IMG/VR virus record: IMGVR_UViG_3300017917_004266
Span: 1-64,000 of that record
Length of the DNA stretch: 64,000 bases
Direction: 5' to 3' (one strand)
From: a virus
Both the position numbers and the translations under genes were made by a program. Shown here in pieces: positions 57,754-64,000 of this stretch. Every line of letters starts with the position of its first letter. The first letter of the stretch is position 1. Below the pieces are notes generated by a model. That model was given only the letters and a program-made list of their open reading frames with translations, was not told where the DNA came from and did not search any database.

Positions 57754-60314
57754 GTTTTTATATTTTTGACTTCACTTAATTTCATATAAATATCATGATC
57801 TTGTATTGCTGCTATATCTGCAAATACACAATCATCTCTTTTTATAGCTTTAAATATAACAATATTTCCTTCTTCAAAGTTTTTATTTTTATTTAATATT
57901 TTATTATTATCAATTTTATCATTAAACATTAATACTGTTAATGTTCCAGTTTCATCTGATACTTTTAATCTTACATATTTTGTTTTCTTTTCATTTTTAG
58001 CTGTTCCAGAATATGCTTCATCTACTTGGGCTACAAAAGAAATTTTTGTATTAATAGGAATATCATTAATATCGTTAATTGATATTAAATTATCTTTTTT
58101 ATCTATAAATATATCTTTTAAAGTCTTTTCGTATGTATAGCCTAGAAGTTTCTTTTCGTAATACCAATTAGCAAAACTTTCACTTTTGCTATTTTGGTTA
58201 TATATTTTTAAATAAGGTTCATATTTCGTTTTGATTGTTTCTAATCTAGAATCTTTAATAATAATTTTATTCTTTTCATCTGTAAATTTATTAAGATGCT
58301 TAATGATTCTAATTAAATCTTCATCAAATTTTGAAGCGAAAGAAATAACGTACTTCTTTTCTTTTGTGGTTAAAATATTCCATAATTGAGCTTCTAGAAC
58401 TATTTTGCTTCTACTTTGTTTAAAGCCACTTAAAGCCCCAGCTTGTATAAGCGAGCATAAAATGCCAATATTAAGATCTGCTTCTTCTGCGGCTTGAAAT
58501 ATTTCAAATTTATTAGAATATTTATTTCTAAAACTATTTAATTTTTCAATTGATTTATCACTAATTCCTTTTACAGAAAGTAATCCAAATCTAATATTAT
58601 CTTCTTCAATAGAAAAATCCATTTCAGATTTAATTATATGAGGTTTTAATAATTGAATATTAAAATATGCCATTTCTTTTTGAATTTTAGAAATTTCACC
58701 AATTGGATCTGGTTCGTGTCGAGTCATTTTTAATAATGATAAAAAGAATTGTTTTGGATGATTAAATTTAAGATAAATTGTACATGCTGCCAATGCAGCA
58801 TAAGCTAGAGAATGAGATTTATTAAATGAATAATTTGCTGAATCTTCTAAAATTTTCCATAAAATTTCTCCAACTTCTTTTGGTAATTTATTTTGTTTAC
58901 ATTTATTTTCAATTTTCTTTTTCCAATCTTTAATTTCATCTACTTTCTTTTTACCAACAATTCTTCTTAAAATTTCTGCTTCATCTAATGTAAAACCAAT
59001 TTTATGCGCCATTCTCATTAATTGTTCTTGATAAAGAGCTACTCCACCAGTTTGTTTTAAAATATCATCAAAAAATGGATGTATGCCTTCATATTCTTGA
59101 AAATTTGTATATTTAGCGTATTTATCAACAAATTGTAAAGCCCCAGGTCTAGCTAAAGCTAATACTCCACTAAGTTCTTCTAGATTTTTTGGTTTTACTT
59201 TTTGACAAACTTTAAAATTTGTATCTGCTTCAATTTGAAAAAGTCCATGCGGAGACTTTAAATCTTGTAGATTCCTATATATAGACTCATGATTTAAATC
59301 AATATCTGTAATTTTAATTCCAATATTTTTACAAACATCATCTACTACAGATACGCTTCTTAATCCAAGAATATCTAATTTAATATTAAATAAAGAAACC
59401 CAACTCATATCAAAACTTGAAACGGCTTCTTTATCACTAGATAATTCTGTTGGGCATGCTTCATTAAGATTATCATGAGATAAAAGAACTCCAGATGGAT
59501 GTACTCCTTTATTTTTAATTAAATTTCTTAATTTTAAGGCTATTTGATATATTTCTTTATTTTCTTCACACCATTCTTTAAATTTACTTACTTCTTCATA
59601 TGCAGTAGAAATATCTTTTACTTGACCAAAAATTTTAGGAATTAAAGATGATATTTCTGTCATTTCTTGATCTGTTTTTTCTCCAATTATCTTTCCACAT
59701 TCTTTAATAAGAAGTTTACCACTAAGAGTATTAAGAGTTAATATTTTACTAGTCTTACCTAAAAATTTATTTTCTAAATAATTTAATACTTTACCACGAT
59801 TATAATAACAAATATCAAGATCAACGTCGCACATTAAACTGCCATCTAAATATGTTATTCCATCAACAACTTGCTTTTTAGCTCGAATCTTGGATATAAA
59901 TCTTTCAAAATAAAGATCATATTTAACAGGATCTATTCTTGTTACTCCAATAAGATATAATATTAGTGAACCTGCGGCAGAACCTCTTCCTAAACCTACT
60001 GGAATATTATTTTCATTACAATAATTGATAACATCCCAAACTAATAAAATATAATCAATAAATCCCAATTCTTTTAAAGTTTCAAGTTCATATTTAGCTC
60101 TTTCAATATATTTTTTATATTCAGTAGAATCTTTATTAATATTTAAATCTTTAAAACCTTTTAATGCTAAAGCTCTTAAAAAATCATAATTTAGTGAGTC
60201 TTCGCTAATTCCTACTTGATGTTTGTACTTATTATCTATTTTAAATTCTGGTAATCTAACGCCATGAAGTGGTAAATCTAAATTTTTAAATTGTAATTCA
60301 AAGTCTTTAATCAT
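57750..60314 (-). CDS. dnaE: DNA polymerase III alpha, catalytic part (no PHP)
   Basis: GRGSAAGSL, DVDLD, HPSGV, KLDILGL, GLFQ, YQEQLM, YSFNKSH, C-terminal OB fold. Confidence 0.95.
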   Translation of the reverse strand: MIKDFELQFKNLDLPLHGVRLPEFKIDNKYKHQVGISEDSLNYDFLRALALKGFKDLNINKDSTEYKKYIERAKYELETLKELGFIDYILLVWDVINYCNENNIPVGLGRGSAAGSLILYLIGVTRIDPVKYDLYFERFISKIRAKKQVVDGITYLDGSLMCDVDLDICYYNRGKVLNYLENKFLGKTSKILTLNTLSGKLLIKECGKIIGEKTDQEMTEISSLIPKIFGQVKDISTAYEEVSKFKEWCEENKEIYQIALKLRNLIKNKGVHPSGVLLSHDNLNEACPTELSSDKEAVSSFDMSWVSLFNIKLDILGLRSVSVVDDVCKNIGIKITDIDLNHESIYRNLQDLKSPHGLFQIEADTNFKVCQKVKPKNLEELSGVLALARPGALQFVDKYAKYTNFQEYEGIHPFFDDILKQTGGVALYQEQLMRMAHKIGFTLDEAEILRRIVGKKKVDEIKDWKKKIENKCKQNKLPKEVGEILWKILEDSANYSFNKSHSLAYAALAACTIYLKFNHPKQFFLSLLKMTRHEPDPIGEISKIQKEMAYFNIQLLKPHIIKSEMDFSIEEDNIRFGLLSVKGISDKSIEKLNSFRNKYSNKFEIFQAAEEADLNIGILCSLIQAGALSGFKQSRSKIVLEAQLWNILTTKEKKYVISFASKFDEDLIRIIKHLNKFTDEKNKIIIKDSRLETIKTKYEPYLKIYNQNSKSESFANWYYEKKLLGYTYEKTLKDIFIDKKDNLISINDINDIPINTKISFVAQVDEAYSGTAKNEKKTKYVRLKVSDETGTLTVLMFNDKIDNNKILNKNKNFEEGNIVIFKAIKRDDCVFADIAAIQDHDIYMKLSEVKNIKT

Positions 60315-60522
60315 TTCCTAATTCCTCATCCAATTTATCTATTTTTTCACTAAATTGATTTAATCCACTAATTAATATTTTCATAGAATTTTTATCTTTT
60401 AAAGAATAAAATACATCTGCTTTACCTGTTTTTTTACCTTTTTGAACAGTTATTAAAAGATATTCAATATTTGAATCATCTAATTTTTGTAACATATCAT
60501 ATATATCATCTAAAGATGCCAT
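60307..60522 (-). CDS. Hypothetical protein
   Basis: 71 aa, coupled within the replication operon. Confidence 0.55.
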   Translation of the reverse strand: MASLDDIYDMLQKLDDSNIEYLLITVQKGKKTGKADVFYSLKDKNSMKILISGLNQFSEKIDKLDEELGND

Positions 60523-60523
60523 A

Positions 60524-61162
60524 TTAAATCTCCACTTGCCATTTTAATTTATTCCATACTTTTAAATTTAAGTCAAGATCATTAATAGCATCATGCAATT
60601 TATCATAATCATGTTCAATACCATTTTCCTTGCCAAGGAAACTTAATGAACTTTTAACATCTTTTCTTTTAGTATGATATATTTTATATTGATATTCTAA
60701 TAAATTTTCAGTTGTTTTATATGGTGTTCCATATTTAATTCCTCTAGCTATACAATTTGTATCAATAATCTTATTTAAAATATGATCCCAATGGCAGCCC
60801 ATGTGTTCGTATAATTCTTTAATTAAATATATATCAAAACCTAATATATTATGACCAATAATATAATCGGCATGATCTAACCAATCTTTTATCGTTGGAA
60901 ATGCATCTTTTATTTTAAGTCCTTCTTTTTCTACTTTTTTATGATCGTATCTAGTAATTCTTGCTGCGTCTTGGCTTATTTTTAAATCTGTATCCCAATG
61001 TATATAATAGTTTTTACTGTCAACTTTAAAATCCCCTTTAGCTTTTATCATTCCTATTTGCCAAGGAAGATTATGGCAAAAATTTAAACATAAATTAAAT
61101 GTCTCCATATCTATAAAGATATAGGTTTTATTCTTGTTGTATCTTAAAAGATGTTCGTCCAT
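60524..61162 (-). CDS. DEDDh 3'-5' exonuclease (epsilon-like)
   Basis: IDMET, GHNILGFD, LHDAIND. Confidence 0.85.
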   Translation of the reverse strand: MDEHLLRYNKNKTYIFIDMETFNLCLNFCHNLPWQIGMIKAKGDFKVDSKNYYIHWDTDLKISQDAARITRYDHKKVEKEGLKIKDAFPTIKDWLDHADYIIGHNILGFDIYLIKELYEHMGCHWDHILNKIIDTNCIARGIKYGTPYKTTENLLEYQYKIYHTKRKDVKSSLSFLGKENGIEHDYDKLHDAINDLDLNLKVWNKLKWQVEI

Positions 61163-61163
61163 A

Positions 61164-61637
61164 TTAATCTAAAAATGGGTCTTTAATTGGTTTTATAAAA
61201 TTATTTAATCCTCTTATTTTATAATGCCAATTTAAATATTCTACTGGAGATAAATGATACCATCCACTAGGATTCGTAAGATTATACATTGAAAATTCAG
61301 AAAGATCTTGAAGAAATGCAACAATATGTGCTTCGACTTGTAATCTGTTAGCTACTTTCCTGATTCTTCTTGCTTGAGTATCTCTAATTTCAAACCTATG
61401 AATAATTGCATCAAAATAAGATGTTGGTGGCCTATACTGTCTATCAATCCTTGTTAATTCTAATACGGCAACAGGATCTTCTTCTCCATTTTTGTATCCC
61501 CATTCAATTTGATCAATATCTGATGCGTACAATTTAGGTTGATCATAAATCCATTTTTTATAATCTCTTAGTCTATCTTCTCGATCTGTTCTTTGAATAG
61601 CTTTTGTACCATTTATTGTTAATTTTTTAATAAGCAT
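61164..61637 (-). CDS. PD-(D/E)xK-like protein
   Basis: SDIDQIEW...PVAVLELT; the Lys of ExK is absent. Confidence 0.4.
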   Translation of the reverse strand: MLIKKLTINGTKAIQRTDREDRLRDYKKWIYDQPKLYASDIDQIEWGYKNGEEDPVAVLELTRIDRQYRPPTSYFDAIIHRFEIRDTQARRIRKVANRLQVEAHIVAFLQDLSEFSMYNLTNPSGWYHLSPVEYLNWHYKIRGLNNFIKPIKDPFLD

Positions 61638-61638
61638 A

Positions 61639-62388
61639 TCATCCTCCTAGTGCTTCAAAACAAAATTGATTGCTCGTCATATGATTTAATTCTGGTTTAT
61701 TTAATGTTGTTCTATTATTTATGCATCTGAATGTCAAATAAGATTTAAAATCTTTTTTTGATTTATAATAAATACTTTTTGTATTAATTATTTTTAAATT
61801 ATTCGCTTCAGTATAATTTTTTATTTTATTTTTAATTATAAAGTCAAATGGTAAATGATTATGTTCTATGAACATTATTGGTTTTGTAAAATCAAAATTA
61901 GGTACACATATAAAATTTTTTAAAGTATTATTGAATATAAAAGAATCATAAAATGGAATAGCTAGAATTAGATCTTCTTCAGACCATAAACTATTAAGAT
62001 TTTTATAATCTATTCTTGGTTCGTAATAAAATCCCTTTTTTGCTGCTAATGAAAATATATTTATAAGTTTTTTATAACCATTATTTGTTTTAAAAAATAT
62101 AATAATTTTTGATGTTTTTATTCTGGATTCTTCAGTTTTATCTTCAATATTATCATTAATTGATAATCTTAATCCGTATCGTAAATTTATATTATGATTT
62201 TTACAATTTGTATATGCCTGTAAAAATGACGACATATTATCTTCTACTAAATACAGATTTTTAATATTATTTTTAATTGCAATATCAATAATTGAATCTG
62301 GATCATCTTCTTTGACTTCTTCATCTTCTAAAGTCAAAATTGATCTACCTATGCTAAAATGAGATTTAAATAAAGGTATAGTTTCCAT
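61639..62388 (-). CDS. Stand-alone PHP domain of DnaE
   Basis: FKSHFSIGRSIL, LYLVEDNMSSFLQAY, GYKKLINIFSLA..GFYYEPRIDY match the DnaE N-terminus. Confidence 0.8.
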   Translation of the reverse strand: METIPLFKSHFSIGRSILTLEDEEVKEDDPDSIIDIAIKNNIKNLYLVEDNMSSFLQAYTNCKNHNINLRYGLRLSINDNIEDKTEESRIKTSKIIIFFKTNNGYKKLINIFSLAAKKGFYYEPRIDYKNLNSLWSEEDLILAIPFYDSFIFNNTLKNFICVPNFDFTKPIMFIEHNHLPFDFIIKNKIKNYTEANNLKIINTKSIYYKSKKDFKSYLTFRCINNRTTLNKPELNHMTSNQFCFEALGG

Positions 62389-62398
62389 TTATAAATAA

Positions 62399-62427
62399 AT
62401 ATTAGTATAAATATATAAGTATGTCAA
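62399..62427 (-). promoter_or_regulatory. sigma70-like promoter (TTGACA-17-TAATAT)
   Basis: Upstream of the PHP gene. Confidence 0.55.
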
Positions 62428-63377
62428 CCTAGAAAATCATCTGTAGAATCATTCTTTTTTAAAGTATTAAATTTTGGGCATCCATCATAATTTCTTTTTT
62501 CAATTTTAAATCCTTTAATATCTTTAAATTTACCATCTAAACTCGTTTCTATAATTTCATTTTTTTCATTTAATTTTACATAATATTCATATGCATCTCT
62601 ATATGGACACCTCCAATTTCCTATTCCACACATCCATTTATTTTTATCATTATCTATTGCAAAATTAGATTTTGCTGAATTTTGATCAAATTTATTAATA
62701 TAGTCATTAATATGTTCAAGATAATATTCAAATCCTTTAATTTGTTCATCTGTAAATTCAAGTTCTTGTATTGGTTGTTTTGGAAATCTTAAAAATAAAA
62801 ATCTTACAATAGGTTTAAGCTTAGGCCATAATTTTTTACTTGCAAGACTATACATCATGGCTTGAATATTAGCTTCTAAATCATCTCCTCTAAATTTAGC
62901 TTTGGAGCTTTTGTAGTCAATTATAACCATTTTATTTTTTGATTTAATAGGCTTATCAATAAAACCCTTAATATGATATTTAGGCTCGTCATTCTTAATC
63001 TCAAAAGCATATTCTGGAGATATGATTTTGCCATCTTTTTCTCCAAAAAAATCATGTTTTAATCCAACCATTATCATTTGGTCTAAAATTTCAAAATTTG
63101 ATTCATCTAAACCAACCCTTACTTTTAATTTTTTAACTAATCTTGTAATAGCTTTACTTCCTTTTATTGAATTTTTTTTAATAATTTTATTATAATGAGA
63201 TTTATGTTTTGAATTCAAAAGAAGTTCAAAAATAGTATGACAAATTGTGCCTCTTAATGCTCCATCGTTTTGCGTTTGAGGCACTTTTGTATGGTAATTA
63301 TTCCAATAAACCCATGAACAAGTTTCAAGAGTTTTAATTCTAGATGCAGATAATATTTTTAAAGATTTTTTTTCCAT
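62424..63377 (-). CDS. Cas4/RecB-like PD-(D/E)xK exonuclease
   Basis: LSASRIKTLETC, RGTICH, GFID, IIDYKSS, QAMMY, C-terminal cysteines. Confidence 0.8.
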   Translation of the reverse strand: MEKKSLKILSASRIKTLETCSWVYWNNYHTKVPQTQNDGALRGTICHTIFELLLNSKHKSHYNKIIKKNSIKGSKAITRLVKKLKVRVGLDESNFEILDQMIMVGLKHDFFGEKDGKIISPEYAFEIKNDEPKYHIKGFIDKPIKSKNKMVIIDYKSSKAKFRGDDLEANIQAMMYSLASKKLWPKLKPIVRFLFLRFPKQPIQELEFTDEQIKGFEYYLEHINDYINKFDQNSAKSNFAIDNDKNKWMCGIGNWRCPYRDAYEYYVKLNEKNEIIETSLDGKFKDIKGFKIEKRNYDGCPKFNTLKKNDSTDDFLG

Positions 63378-64000
63378 TGTAAAATTTCTTCTGAATTCAT
63401 TTCTCCAAAATCTTTTTTGCTTGGCAAACTAATACAAAGTTGTTTTGGATCAAAATATCTTAATAGTTTATTATAAGCTTTTTTTGCTGCATTATTTCCT
63501 GCATTATTATTATTTTCATCGTTATTAAATGATATATGAATTTTATTTGGATCTATTTTTAATAAAATATTTAATATTGATATACTAATTTCTAATCCAA
63601 AAGTAACTATTGTATTTTTTATTCCATTTTGATATAAAGATAAACAATCTCCTATACTTTCAATTAAAAGAATTTCTTTGCTTTTTTTAATATCTTCAAT
63701 ATTTAAAAATGTTGGATAACACCAAGAATTCTTATCCCCAAGATGCTTCCATTTAATTTTACTTTTATTGGTGATATCTCTTCCAGAAAAACCAACTATT
63801 TCATTTCTGCTATCAAATATTGGGAAAACATATCTTTCTTTCATCTTACCAGCAGAAGCTATTCCGCCTTGAAATAGTTCGATTGTTTCCTTCTGCACTC
63901 CTCTATTTATCCAATAATCATGTGTTTTAGATAATTTAAGCAAAAGATCTTTATCAAAAATTTTTTTATTTTCTATTTTTGGTTTTTCTACTTTTGGTGT
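63359..64000 (-). CDS. dnaG: DNA primase (TOPRIM), 5' partial
   Basis: RYVFPIFD...VGFSGR, LIESIGD, KDFGEM; the frame stays open to the window edge. Confidence 0.85.
   Translation of the reverse strand, partial: TPKVEKPKIENKKIFDKDLLLKLSKTHDYWINRGVQKETIELFQGGIASAGKMKERYVFPIFDSRNEIVGFSGRDITNKSKIKWKHLGDKNSWCYPTFLNIEDIKKSKEILLIESIGDCLSLYQNGIKNTIVTFGLEISISILNILLKIDPNKIHISFNNDENNNNAGNNAAKKAYNKLLRYFDPKQLCISLPSKKDFGEMNSEEILQWKKNL

Noticed and set aside
60200-61700. Split intein joining PHP and catalytic DnaE (the catalytic ORF starts MIK, like cyanobacterial DnaE-C inteins)
   Set aside because: No HNF/terminal Asn-Cys block in the catalytic ORF and no N-intein after the PHP; the split point also differs from the cyanobacterial one.
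62424-63377. CRISPR-Cas system suggested by the Cas4-like gene
   Set aside because: No repeat-spacer array or other cas genes seen; stand-alone Cas4-like nucleases are common in phage replication modules.
1-64000. Stop-codon reassignment, tRNA genes, integrase/transposase, tail sheath
   Set aside because: Genes are long and densely packed in code 11, with TAA, TGA and TAG all used as stops; none of the other features was recognised by eye.

Overview
Very AT-rich 64-kb segment of a large tailed dsDNA phage (Caudoviricetes), read in the standard code. It is probably siphovirus-like, since no sheath gene is visible, and probably infects a Gram-negative host, since it encodes several lipoproteins. 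The + strand (1-52639) is the late/virion region: partial fibre gene, lysis cassette, prohead protease-scaffold, head decoration protein, major capsid protein, fibres, neck proteins, tail tube, chaperones, 1735-aa tape measure protein, and a long run of tail-tip/adhesin genes (LamG-like, RCC1, FG-GAP, vWA-like, poly-Ser). The - strand (52629-64000) is a replication/modification region: Rad52/Sak-like annealase, three glycosyltransferases, putative SSB, DnaE split into PHP and catalytic genes, DEDDh exonuclease, Cas4/RecB-like nuclease, partial primase. Most notable: (1) a compact, ORF-less group I ribozyme at ~12344-12565 that lies between genes rather than inside one; its predicted ligated exons form a hairpin and an SD plus 4-codon minigene. 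(2) Strong Thr-Gly/Ser-Gly and poly-Ser enrichment in exposed virion proteins together with four glycosyltransferase genes, one of them an apparently split GT9, suggesting a phage-encoded virion O-glycosylation system. (3) A tape measure protein with four GxxPNF motifs that bracket a PD-(D/E)xK-like insert. (4) A recurrent GTGTAA late-promoter-like motif. All family assignments come from motif recognition by eye; no searches were run.
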